A DNA stretch of 64,000 nucleotides from Cyanobacteria bacterium P01_D01_bin.156 (GTDB lineage Bacteria > Cyanobacteriota > Cyanobacteriia > Phormidesmidales > Phormidesmidaceae). Below, in pieces: positions 10,677 through 20,256 of the stretch. Where the stretch lies: the NCBI GenBank assembly GCA_039024555.1, contig JBCCQQ010000001.1, forward strand, positions 192,001 through 256,000. Reading direction: 5' to 3'. The notes under the pieces were generated by a model, which made no database searches, was not told where the DNA came from, and worked only from the letters and a program-made list of their open reading frames with translations. The position numbers and the translations under genes are program-made. Each line of letters starts with the position of its first letter. The first letter of the stretch is position 1.

Positions 10677-11147
10677 ATGGATATCCAAGCACGAATCAAC
10701 CGTCAGCGAGTCAATCATATTGTTGATAGCTATCATCTCACGGGTGATGATGTTCTAGCCTTTGAGGAATATTTAACAAGGCTACTCAATACGTATCCAC
10801 AACCTCTGATCGAACTGGCGATCACTGAGGAAATCATACAAGGCTGGTTAAAAATTCCCATGCAGAAGGGACTTGACTTTATCCAAAAGGTTCATACCCA
10901 TCTACAAGTTTGGCAACCAGTTCCAGAAGAGCTCCCTCCATTACCAAGCTCCATCCGCACTCTCACACCCAAAATCTTAGAAACCTCTGTGGTCAATGTA
11001 GAAGTCACGAATACAGCTCTCGTCAACTCAGCATTAGTGAAAACCAAGTTAACTCCTGAACAGTTTGAACAAATTACCGGATTAGACTCTAGTTTAGTGT
11101 TCGATCAACATGGGCAGGTCATAATCGATGCTTCTGCAGCACCTTAA
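10677..11147 (+). CDS. Conserved cyanobacterial hypothetical protein
   Basis: V.HI..SY.L.G...F..YL..LL..YP.PLIELA...W...P..KG..F and LTPEQFEQITGLD motifs. Confidence 0.7.
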   Translation: MDIQARINRQRVNHIVDSYHLTGDDVLAFEEYLTRLLNTYPQPLIELAITEEIIQGWLKIPMQKGLDFIQKVHTHLQVWQPVPEELPPLPSSIRTLTPKILETSVVNVEVTNTALVNSALVKTKLTPEQFEQITGLDSSLVFDQHGQVIIDASAAP

Positions 11148-11827
11148 AACATTGCTCGAGCCACAGTTATCATGCCTAAAACGTTGTAGCCCGCTTGTCT
11201 TAACACCACTGTGGCAGCAAGGGCTGTACTACCGGTCGTATAAATATCATCAATCAGCCAGATTGGCCTGGAGGGCTTGGGCAGGCTCGTGCCTAGTTGA
11301 AATGCCCCCCATAGATTAGCTTTTCGTTCTGCCACTCCTAGGCTGTGCATGGCACAAGTGTTTTTCTTACGAATAAGACCATTAGGTATATAACGTAACC
11401 CGGTAGCACGGCAAAATCCTTTCGCAATTAAACTAGCTTGGTTATAGCCTCTTTGCTGTTGGCGTTCACGATGTAACGGAATAGGAATCATTAAAGGCTT
11501 GTGCCGTAAGGTAGCGCCGTAGTGCTCGTACCATTGGGCTCCCAATTGCACCCCCAGCCAGATCCCTAATTCAGGCTTATTACCATACTTGAGTAAAGCT
11601 AATGCCTGTTTAAGTAAGCCACTATACGCTCCCCATGCAAAAAGATTAAAATCAGTGGTTGGGGGAACCTTCATACGAGGGTCAGCCAAGGTTGCCACTG
11701 GCCAAAGGGATGATAGCATCTGACCATGGCAGGACTGACATAACACCTCACCTGTGGAGCGATCGCAAAGTGGACAGGTATTTGCCAAAAAGAGGCGTGT
11801 AAACGGGCCTAAGACTTCTTGAAGCAT
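11144..11827 (-). CDS. comF: ComF family protein (Zn ribbon + phosphoribosyltransferase domain)
   Basis: CPLC/C..C, IPIPLH..R...RGYNQA, LIDDIYTTGST; start set at ATG 11827 (ORF extends to 11869). Confidence 0.88.
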   Translation of the reverse strand: MLQEVLGPFTRLFLANTCPLCDRSTGEVLCQSCHGQMLSSLWPVATLADPRMKVPPTTDFNLFAWGAYSGLLKQALALLKYGNKPELGIWLGVQLGAQWYEHYGATLRHKPLMIPIPLHRERQQQRGYNQASLIAKGFCRATGLRYIPNGLIRKKNTCAMHSLGVAERKANLWGAFQLGTSLPKPSRPIWLIDDIYTTGSTALAATVVLRQAGYNVLGMITVARAMF

Positions 11828-12560
11828 ATGTACTGCTATGATTGCATCCGTTAAACGCGTCGCCCTCACTATCGAAACAATTCCTAGGATTTGACATTGC
11901 TAATCCTGAGGACAGTTGTAGTATTCACGCACTTCAATTGAAAACACCTGGTAGATCGTTGCATCCGCTAAACCAGCAATGGCTACGACTTCTTCCGGCG
12001 AACTGTAACGTTGGTGACATGTCCATCGGGATACACCAAAGACATCATTTGCTCATTTGATTGCTGAGTGCTGGCAGTGCATGGGTAAATTTCATGAGTG
12101 TGTTGCCCATTATTACTTAGGCAGCGAATAGGGTTGACGAATTTCATGGCAGTGATGGTGACGGTAGAACGTTGACGATATAGTCAATTGTTCATCAGAC
12201 TGAACAAAAGTTGTGAGGGTGAAATTATTGATGTTATCTATTTTTCTTAAGAAGAAAAAATAAAGTTGCTTACTTCATATTTAAAGAGACTTTAACTATA
12301 ATCTGCCGTATCTCTAAAAAGTCTCACATCAAGAACTTACGGGGTTTAACAGGAAAGGGGGTTACGTTGAATTAAAGTTTTCACATCCTCAATTTATGAC
12401 AACGTCAAAAGTGATCTAAGTGTTGACTAAAAGTTTCCATCAATCTCCGCAAATTACCTTAGATCGATAATCTGCACGACCACTCTCATGAGACCGTGAA
12501 ATTCACGTACAATCAACACTGTTTGCCCTAATTCCTAAGCAGTCAAGAGAGGATAGACCT

Positions 12561-13910
12561 TTGAAAACTCGCGTAATTGTGGTCCGTCATGGCGAAAGTA
12601 CCTTCAATGTGAAACGTATTGTTCAAGGACATCATGACGAGTCTCTACTGACTGAAACAGGAGAAGAACAGGCCCGCCAAGTAGGTAAGTTATTAAGCAA
12701 CATTAAAGTTGATGCCGTTTACTGTAGTCCCCTCAAGCGTGCTGCCCGTACAGCCGCTTTGATTACGGAAGCGATGGGTGGGGAGACCGCGCCCCACCCC
12801 ACTGATTTACTGAAGGAGATTAGCTTGCCTCTTTGGGAAGCCATGTCGTTTAGCGATATTGAAATTCAATATCCTGAGGAATATCGCGCATGGCGACAGC
12901 AGCCCAACACATTAAAAATGGCTCTTCCCCAAGCTGATGGAACAGTTCAGGACTTTTATCCGGTAAGGGCTGTGTGGCAACAGGCCGAAAAGTTCTGGAA
13001 ATGGCTGTTAGAACATCATCAGGGTCAAACACTATTATTAGTTGCTCACAGTGCTATTAATCGAGCATTAGTTGGAACTGCTATCGGTCTCGGCCCAGAA
13101 GCACTTAATCGCATGTATCAATCCAACTGCAGTGTCAGCGTGCTGAACTTTCCAGGAGCATGGGGACAGCCTGCTCAACTTGAGTCGATGAATTCTACAA
13201 GCCATACCGGTTCACCACTACCCACTTTACGTCGTGGATTCAAAGGCCCTAGACTCCTTTTAGTACGTCATGGTGAAACAGAGTGGAATCGAGAATCTCG
13301 TTTTCAAGGACAGATTGATATTCCGTTAAACGACAATGGTCGAGCTCAAGCAGCTCAAGCGGGAGATTTTTTACAGGCAGTTACCATTGATGGTGCTGTG
13401 TCTAGTTCCATGATGCGCCCTAAGGAAACCGCTGAAATCATCTTGAAACATCACTCTGAAGTAACCTTAGGCGTTACAGAAGGTCTATGGGAAATTAGCC
13501 ATGGCCAGTGGGAAGGGAAGTTTGAACATGAAATTGAAGCGGGTTTTCCTGGCATGTTAGAAGCTTGGCAAACCAAACCTGAAACAGTGCAAATGCCTGA
13601 TGGGGAAAACTTACAGGATGTTTGGGAACGAGCGGTTAAAGCTTGGAACAAAATCGTCACCCAATATGAAAATGATGAGGCACCTCAGACTGTGCTGGTT
13701 GTAGCTCATGACGCTATCAATAAATCTATCTTGTGCTATGTGACTGGACTAGGGCCAGAAGCATTTTGGCAATTTAAACAGGGCAATGGGGCGGTGAGTG
13801 TTATTGACTACCCCAATGGCCTAGACAGTGCACCGATGTTGAGTGCTGCCAATATTACGGTACATTTATCCGGCAGCTTATTTGATACAACAGCAGCAGG
13901 CGCATTATAG
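12561..13910 (+). CDS. Tandem-domain histidine phosphatase (phosphoglycerate mutase family; phosphoserine phosphatase-like)
   Basis: Two RHG motifs (VRHGES, VRHGETEWN) and two VAH motifs; GAGGA RBS before TTG. Confidence 0.88.
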   Translation: MKTRVIVVRHGESTFNVKRIVQGHHDESLLTETGEEQARQVGKLLSNIKVDAVYCSPLKRAARTAALITEAMGGETAPHPTDLLKEISLPLWEAMSFSDIEIQYPEEYRAWRQQPNTLKMALPQADGTVQDFYPVRAVWQQAEKFWKWLLEHHQGQTLLLVAHSAINRALVGTAIGLGPEALNRMYQSNCSVSVLNFPGAWGQPAQLESMNSTSHTGSPLPTLRRGFKGPRLLLVRHGETEWNRESRFQGQIDIPLNDNGRAQAAQAGDFLQAVTIDGAVSSSMMRPKETAEIILKHHSEVTLGVTEGLWEISHGQWEGKFEHEIEAGFPGMLEAWQTKPETVQMPDGENLQDVWERAVKAWNKIVTQYENDEAPQTVLVVAHDAINKSILCYVTGLGPEAFWQFKQGNGAVSVIDYPNGLDSAPMLSAANITVHLSGSLFDTTAAGAL

Positions 13911-13928
13911 TCAGAGCTCCCAAAGATT

Positions 13929-15173
13929 ATGAATAGCTGGTGGATACGAGAGGTACGCATATTAGATCCGCTCACCCAATACGATCAGATCGGGGATGTT
14001 CTCATTAAAGATCAGACTATCCAAGCCCTAGGTTCGCCTTTAGAGGCTTCAGGAGAACTCATTCAAGAAATTGATGGGCAAGGTTGTGTAATGGGGCCAG
14101 GTTTAGTGGATCTTTATAGCCAGACCGGTGAACCTGGCTATGAGTCTCGGGAAACTCTAGAACAGTTTTTACAAGCAGCCAGTGCAGGAGGGTTTACCCA
14201 GCTAGGGTTATTACCGAACACTACGCCAGCCATTGATAACCTCACCCAGGTGAAACAGCGGTTAGTGCAGAAATCGGGGTTGCCTCGGGTATTGCCTTGG
14301 GGAGCTATCACTCTAGGTACAGCAGGGAAAAAGCTAACAGATTTGATGGAGCTCAGTGACTCTGGTGTAGTCGGTTTTTGTGATGGCCGCCCGTTGGAAA
14401 ATCCTCGAATACTGCAAAAATCCCTAGAATATATGCAGCCGTTGCCATTACCGCTCGCTTTCTGGCCCTGTGATCCTCAACAAAGCGGTAGCTGTCGTGA
14501 TGGCGCAGACTCGGTACGTTTAGGGCTCTCGCCCATAGCCAATACTGCGGAAACTAGACCACTCACCGCCCTGCTGGAAGAAGTCGCTGTCAGTCGACGA
14601 TCAGTACATCTCATGAGGATTTCCACGGCCCGCAGCGTGGATCTCATTCGAGCAGCTAAAAACCAAGGGTTACCGATCACAGCTAGTGTAACTTGGTTAC
14701 ATCTATTGTTTAGCACGGCTGATTTAGACAGTTATGCACCAAGTTTAAAGCTAGCGCCTCCTCTAGGCACTCCTACTGATCAAGCAGCACTGATTAGAGG
14801 ATTGGAAGATGGAACAATAGATGCGATCGCAGTAGATCATTGCGCCCATACTTACGAAGAAAAAGCCGTTCCCTTTGGCACTGCGCCACCAGGTGCCATA
14901 GGTCTACCGCTTGTTTTACCTATTCTCTGGAGAACCTTTGTAGCCGGTGGGCGATGGAGTCCGCTACAACTGTGGAGCTACCTAAGCTCACAACCAGCCC
15001 AATGTTTAGGCATTCAAACACCCATGCTCAAACAACAGACTCCAGTTAACCTAGTCCTATTTGATCCGAATCAAACCTGGCAAGCAACACTCCATAACCT
15101 AGGCAGCGCCCCCATCAATACCATCTATGGTGAGCAAATCATTCAGGGAAAAGTGAAACGTATTTGGATCTAA
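13929..15173 (+). CDS. Dihydroorotase-like protein, probably the inactive PyrC' type
   Basis: PGLVDLYSQTGEPG, AA.AGGFT, P...PPLG, GTIDAIAVDH; the metal-binding HxH is replaced by YSQ. Confidence 0.8.
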   Translation: MNSWWIREVRILDPLTQYDQIGDVLIKDQTIQALGSPLEASGELIQEIDGQGCVMGPGLVDLYSQTGEPGYESRETLEQFLQAASAGGFTQLGLLPNTTPAIDNLTQVKQRLVQKSGLPRVLPWGAITLGTAGKKLTDLMELSDSGVVGFCDGRPLENPRILQKSLEYMQPLPLPLAFWPCDPQQSGSCRDGADSVRLGLSPIANTAETRPLTALLEEVAVSRRSVHLMRISTARSVDLIRAAKNQGLPITASVTWLHLLFSTADLDSYAPSLKLAPPLGTPTDQAALIRGLEDGTIDAIAVDHCAHTYEEKAVPFGTAPPGAIGLPLVLPILWRTFVAGGRWSPLQLWSYLSSQPAQCLGIQTPMLKQQTPVNLVLFDPNQTWQATLHNLGSAPINTIYGEQIIQGKVKRIWI

Positions 15174-15184
15174 TTGCTCAGGGT

Positions 15185-15754
15185 CTAGTTACCCCTCAGC
15201 ACACCAATACGGTTAGGTGGCCAAAACCGAACAACCGCTTTCCCAATAATTTGATCCTCTGGTAAAAAGGGTCTAGGCCAAGCATGACTATCAACACTGT
15301 TATTGCGGTTATCGCCAAACACAATGTAATTCTCTTCAGGGACTGTTTGAGGTCCCCAACGATACTTAGGAGGCGCTTTAATGTAGCGCTCATCAATCGG
15401 CTCGTTATTAATAAATACTTGGCCGTTAGCGACTTCTACTGTATCCCCGGGTAAGCCCACAATGCGTTTGATAAATGCATTACGAGGTTGACCGACCGGT
15501 GTAATTTCCTCTGGCGGCCAAAAGACAATAATGTCTCCCCGGGCAGGCTCCGTGAGACGATAGCTCATTTTTTCTACTACCAAACGATCATTCACCTGGA
15601 GCGTAGGTTCCATAGACCCCGTCGGAATATAACGTGCCTCGGCTACAAATTGGCGAATACCCAAAGCCAAAACAATACTGAGTCCGATAGTTTGTACACT
15701 TTCAACCCATATATTGGGATTGGAACTTTGACGGTCTTGATTTTGATTAGCCAC
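15185..15754 (-). CDS. lepB: Signal peptidase I
   Basis: IPTGSMEPTL, FIKRIVGLPGD, GDNRNNSVDS. Confidence 0.93.
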   Translation of the reverse strand: MANQNQDRQSSNPNIWVESVQTIGLSIVLALGIRQFVAEARYIPTGSMEPTLQVNDRLVVEKMSYRLTEPARGDIIVFWPPEEITPVGQPRNAFIKRIVGLPGDTVEVANGQVFINNEPIDERYIKAPPKYRWGPQTVPEENYIVFGDNRNNSVDSHAWPRPFLPEDQIIGKAVVRFWPPNRIGVLRGN

Positions 15755-15922
15755 AGAAACTAGCCCTTACTCAGATAGAGACACCCGCCCGAGATATACA
15801 GACCTAGATGCTGCCGTAGAAGCAACGACCAAATCCGAGCGATCTTACCAACAGTATTTATATCAGGGCATGAGTGTTATCCCAGTCAGCCTTCACATCC
15901 AAAGACATCACGATAAGTAGAT

Positions 15923-16471
15923 TTACTCCAAACCGCCTAGCCTGGCAGGTGGCCAAAACCTAACGACAGCCTTACCAATAATCTGATCTTCAGGAACAAA
16001 GGGTTTCGCAATGTTCCAGGCATGGCTATCGTAGCTGGCATTACGGTTATCCCCGAGCACAAAATAATTCTCGTCAGGAATCGTTATCGGTGTCTGTTCA
16101 TAGTCGGGGGGAGCCTGAATATACCTTTCATCTTGTACCTCACCATTGATAAAAACTTCACCATCGCTGACTTCGATCGTATCTCCCGGTAACCCAACAA
16201 TGCGCTTGATAAACGCATCCCGCTTTTGCCCTGCAGGCACAATTTCTGATGGAGGCCAGAAAACAACGATGTCGCCCCGTTGAGGTTGCTGAAAACGATA
16301 GCTTATCTTTTCAATCACCAGCCGATCATTAACCTGTAGCGTAGGCTTCATAGACTCTGATGGAATGTAGCGTGCTTCCGCCACAAATTGGCGAATACCT
16401 AGAGCCAGCGCAATGCTAAGTCCAATAGTTTGAATGCCCTCAATCCAGGGATTTTGTTGTTTTTGAGACAC
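15923..16471 (-). CDS. lepB: Signal peptidase I (second tandem paralogue)
   Basis: IPSESMKPTL, FIKRIVGLPGD, GDNRNASYDS. Confidence 0.93.
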   Translation of the reverse strand: MSQKQQNPWIEGIQTIGLSIALALGIRQFVAEARYIPSESMKPTLQVNDRLVIEKISYRFQQPQRGDIVVFWPPSEIVPAGQKRDAFIKRIVGLPGDTIEVSDGEVFINGEVQDERYIQAPPDYEQTPITIPDENYFVLGDNRNASYDSHAWNIAKPFVPEDQIIGKAVVRFWPPARLGGLE

Positions 16472-16678
16472 AGTTGACGACTAGAAACGTTGGGATGATT
16501 TTAATGGCAAGCATAACTGCTAATAGCCATCAGTGACGAGGCACAAAAGACAATCGCTATCTTATTTAATTTAGGTGAGCTTTTTGGTGATACGCATACC
16601 CTTCTACACAATTAAGATTGCCACCTATCGTTTTGAGGTCGCAAGCGCTCGCTGTTCATAACAATCAATAGCTGAGCA

Positions 16679-17365
16679 CTATGGCTGAGTCGGCGATTGG
16701 ATAGTTCTTTGCTTTGGCCGCTTTAACCAAATGCCATGCAAACCAGCCGAACCAGCCCCTTGAAGGTCATCTTTGCGGCTGTCGCCGATGTGCCACGCTT
16801 CTTGAGGATGACAATCATGTTTTTGAAGAGCCGTCATAAAAATAAGCGGGTCTGGCTTAGCAGCACCTGCCTCAGTAGAAATAGTCACAGTCTGAAAATA
16901 ATCCTTGAGCCCCAGGGCACCTAAAACAGAGTAAATACGTGAGTCAAAGTTTGAAATAATGCCTAGGGAAATACCCAAGCGCTGCCATCGCTCCAAGGAA
17001 CTCAACGTATCTTGATAAACAACCCAAGGCTTTGCAGTGGAAAAGTGGTGATAAACCTCTTCAAAAAAAGTTTCGAAATTGGAAAATTCTTGGACAACAC
17101 CTGCACGCTCAAAGGTGTCTCTAGCGATGGCTAACCACCAGCGATACTCACAATAAGGAATATCAACCGCTGATACATCTGGAAAGGCCATGGGCGTAGC
17201 TGTGGAAAAACTACGATAAAAAGCCTGATCCAAAGTCTGAGCAGAGGCTGTGACACCTGATTGTTGAGCTAAGCGTTGATACACCTCACCAACACTACCC
17301 TTAACGCCAAACAGGGTACCGACAGCATCTAGAAAAATCACTTTTGGGTATGCCATGGCCATCAA
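16679..17365 (-). CDS. HAD-IA family hydrolase
   Basis: FLDAVGTL, ISNFD, KPDP, HIGDS..DD. Confidence 0.9.
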   Translation of the reverse strand: MMAMAYPKVIFLDAVGTLFGVKGSVGEVYQRLAQQSGVTASAQTLDQAFYRSFSTATPMAFPDVSAVDIPYCEYRWWLAIARDTFERAGVVQEFSNFETFFEEVYHHFSTAKPWVVYQDTLSSLERWQRLGISLGIISNFDSRIYSVLGALGLKDYFQTVTISTEAGAAKPDPLIFMTALQKHDCHPQEAWHIGDSRKDDLQGAGSAGLHGIWLKRPKQRTIQSPTQP

Positions 17366-18558
17366 GACACTGACAGCAACTGCCGTAGGGGTTGACTTAC
17401 CCAGTTGAGGCCTACTCGCAACTGATGTTCAAAGGTAGGCATTCGGTACAAATAGGTTAAACGCCGAAAAATATGAGCAGCGGGACCGTCTAACTTTAGC
17501 CCTAACCCGGTTAGGGTAGCGGTATCGCGGCCAAGAGTCATCATTTCTCCCAAATGCTGATATCTAAAAGGGAGGGGAGGACGACCTGTCAGAGATGCCC
17601 AAATATTCCAAGCCGTATAGTCAGCTTGCTGCAGAGCGACTTGGGCCGTAGTTGGCACATTATTGCCATCGGCATCTTTACCATCGGCCAAGTCTCCCAA
17701 GGCAAAAATATTATCGTGCCCCATAATTTGCAGGGTGGGCTGAACTTTTAACTGCTGTCGCTTATTTTTTTCCAAAGGAAGCTGGTCAATTAAGGAAGTC
17801 ACCTTATTACCGACAGTCCATAGCACGAGATCTACGGGTAAAACATCCATTTGATCTTTATAAGTCAAGGAAATAGTGTCGGCCCCTATATCACTGACGG
17901 TAGTTTCATAATCAACCCAAATACCATTTTCAGTGAGCGCGGACTGGGCTGCTTTTTTATTGAAATCTGGGGAATTTTGTAAAATTTCAGTGCCACGCTC
18001 CACAATGCGCAAGCGCCCTCGCTCACCTAGACGTTCTGCCAATTTACAGGCAAGTTCTACCCCACTGTAACCTCCGCCTACTACGGCAACCCGAATTTTG
18101 TCAGCATTAGAGTTTTCGATAGCCCGCAGTCGTTCCTTCAGGGTGTATGCATCGTTCAGGGTACGAAATGCGATCGCATGCTCTCTTACACCAGGGGCCA
18201 TATCCATAGGCGTTTCTCCCCCTAGAGCTAACACCAAACGGTCGTACTCTAAAAGAGTTTTATCCTGTAAATGAACTTTATTGCCTGGTAAGTCGATTTC
18301 AGCAATCCCACTCTGGTGAAATTGAATGCCTGTACCTGCTAAAAGCTCTGTGTAGGGAGGCGCCACTTCCCAAGTCTGCAATTCATCGGTCACGACTTCG
18401 TACAACAACGGAGCAAATAAAAAGCGATCGCGCTGGTCCACAAGAGTGATTTCAGGTTTTGCCGTTTTCTCCCACGGCAGTTTGCTCAGGGCCAAGGCCG
18501 TATAGAGCCCCCCAAAACCGCCGCCCAAAATTACCACTCGCTTGCTTGATACCGCCAT
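17362..18558 (-). CDS. ndbB: Type II NAD(P)H:quinone oxidoreductase, NdbB/NDC1-like (demethylphylloquinone reductase)
   Basis: GGGFGGLYTAL, GGGYSGVELACKLAERL, ALGD, TAQVA.QQADY.AWNIWA. Confidence 0.8.
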   Translation of the reverse strand: MAVSSKRVVILGGGFGGLYTALALSKLPWEKTAKPEITLVDQRDRFLFAPLLYEVVTDELQTWEVAPPYTELLAGTGIQFHQSGIAEIDLPGNKVHLQDKTLLEYDRLVLALGGETPMDMAPGVREHAIAFRTLNDAYTLKERLRAIENSNADKIRVAVVGGGYSGVELACKLAERLGERGRLRIVERGTEILQNSPDFNKKAAQSALTENGIWVDYETTVSDIGADTISLTYKDQMDVLPVDLVLWTVGNKVTSLIDQLPLEKNKRQQLKVQPTLQIMGHDNIFALGDLADGKDADGNNVPTTAQVALQQADYTAWNIWASLTGRPPLPFRYQHLGEMMTLGRDTATLTGLGLKLDGPAAHIFRRLTYLYRMPTFEHQLRVGLNWVSQPLRQLLSVS

Positions 18559-18620
18559 CTGTTATCACAAAAACGTGGATTAACGGTTATTAGGATAACG
18601 CGAGTAGTGATATCCAGGGG

Positions 18621-19823
18621 CTAAGCCGCCGCCGGAATTTCCCCTCGTGACACAGGTCTAGCAAACATTTCCCGAAACCTGGCTTGACGCGTATCAGCAG
18701 GCTCAGGGGCAGTTTCCCACAGGCTCTCATAGAAGAAGAATGTCATTCCCAAACCAGCAACTCGGGCCTCTCGCACTTTATCCTCGATCAGGCTAATGCG
18801 CACTGGCACATTTCTAAGGCCTGTGAGAATGCCCGCAGCTGTCGGTATCTTATGGAGACTTTCCCGCAGAGATGGAGCATATAGTTGCTGACGAAAATCA
18901 TTAATATTGTTGCGATAGATCTGAACAATCAGCTCGTCTACCCAGCCTTGTCGCACCCAAGTTAACCAATCCTGCAGCTGTCCCTTGTAGGCAAAATCGT
19001 AATGATTAGGAGCGACTGAAAAAATCACATCCCGTCGACGTGCTTTGAGATCGGCATTAAGGGTCTTCACGAACTCGCTTAGCTTATCCGCACGCCAGCG
19101 AACCCAGGCCGGATTATGGGGATCATCAGGCACATTCTTTCCGGTGTCGGCTTTGTACAGTGAGCGGGTGTAGGCATCATAGCCAAACTCCACTGGCAAA
19201 ATGAAATGGTCATCAAACTGCACGCCATCAACGTCATAGCGACTGATTAACTCCAACAGCAGACGGGTGATAAACTGCTGAACTTCTGGCTTGTAAGGAT
19301 TCAGCCAGACCATATCACCCACATTTCTACGAGTGTCTATGCGACTGCCATTACGTTTTTCTGTGAGCCAGTCGCCGTGAAGTGTAGCGAGTTCTGATGT
19401 GGCAGGAGCCATAAAGCCAAACTCAAACCAGGGAATAACCGTCATTCCTTGACGATGCCCCTGAGCGATCAACTCCTGCAGGATGTCATACCCCTGTATG
19501 CCACGACGTACAAAATGTTGAATCCCCGCTTGCTTAGCGGTGCCACTATCAAATAACGTGTATCCACTGTTCCAAACCACTGGATAAAGGGTGTTGAAAT
19601 TCAAATCTGCCAGCTGATCGATAGCGTTATCCAGCTTGGGCTGGTCCACCATGACATCCATGTCGTTGGTGGTAATCCAAACACCGCGAATCTCATGACT
19701 TGGAGTAGCGACACGAGCAAGGGCAGATGAATCTATCCCCCCGTGCAAGATGATGGCAAACACCACTGCCAGACCAAATAACAAGAGTGAAATAGGCTGC
19801 CAGCGCCAAACAGATGAAGTCAT
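18621..19823 (-). CDS. Glycoside hydrolase-like 10 (DUF187/YddW-type) protein
   Basis: EIRGVW, NFNTLYP.VW..G, IPWFEFG, WLNP..PEVQ, YDVDGVQFDDHF, QDW..W; N-terminal hydrophobic segment; start uncertain. Confidence 0.85.
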   Translation of the reverse strand: MTSSVWRWQPISLLLFGLAVVFAIILHGGIDSSALARVATPSHEIRGVWITTNDMDVMVDQPKLDNAIDQLADLNFNTLYPVVWNSGYTLFDSGTAKQAGIQHFVRRGIQGYDILQELIAQGHRQGMTVIPWFEFGFMAPATSELATLHGDWLTEKRNGSRIDTRRNVGDMVWLNPYKPEVQQFITRLLLELISRYDVDGVQFDDHFILPVEFGYDAYTRSLYKADTGKNVPDDPHNPAWVRWRADKLSEFVKTLNADLKARRRDVIFSVAPNHYDFAYKGQLQDWLTWVRQGWVDELIVQIYRNNINDFRQQLYAPSLRESLHKIPTAAGILTGLRNVPVRISLIEDKVREARVAGLGMTFFFYESLWETAPEPADTRQARFREMFARPVSRGEIPAAA

Positions 19824-20115
19824 AGCATGAGGGGCAATGGGATGAGTACGAGAACCGTTGCTAAGCCGTAGCAAAGACGCACATGTAACCAAAAACCGGC
19901 ATTAAACAATTAATGTAGGCTGGAAAACATTTAGCGAGTTATTGGTCATCTATTCATCACTGTGATGGTCATGTCAGAGCAAACAACGGTTCAGTTGTAC
20001 TGGAAAATTTAACATTTTATTTGGGATCTTTGTTGATCTGCAATTTGTGCTGCCTCAAAAAATCACAATCCGGTCTACAAGTGACCTTTTACAGCATTCG
20101 TACATCCACTCCTGA

Positions 20116-20256
20116 AACGATGCAGTATCCGTGCAAATCCTTGCGCCCATAGCGTGCTTATTAACGATGCAGTATCCGTGCAGATCCTTGCGCCCATAGC
20201 GTGCTTATTAACGATGCAGTATCCGTGCAAATCCTTGCACCCATAGCGTGCTTATT
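20116..20256. repeat. 47-bp tandem repeat x3
   Basis: AACGATGCAGTATCCGTGCAAATCCTTGCGCCCATAGCGTGCTTATT at 20116, 20163 and 20210; copies 2 and 3 each differ by one base. Confidence 0.97.

Noticed and set aside
20116..20256. Possible CRISPR array
   Set aside because: Units are contiguous with no unique spacers, and there are no cas genes in the window
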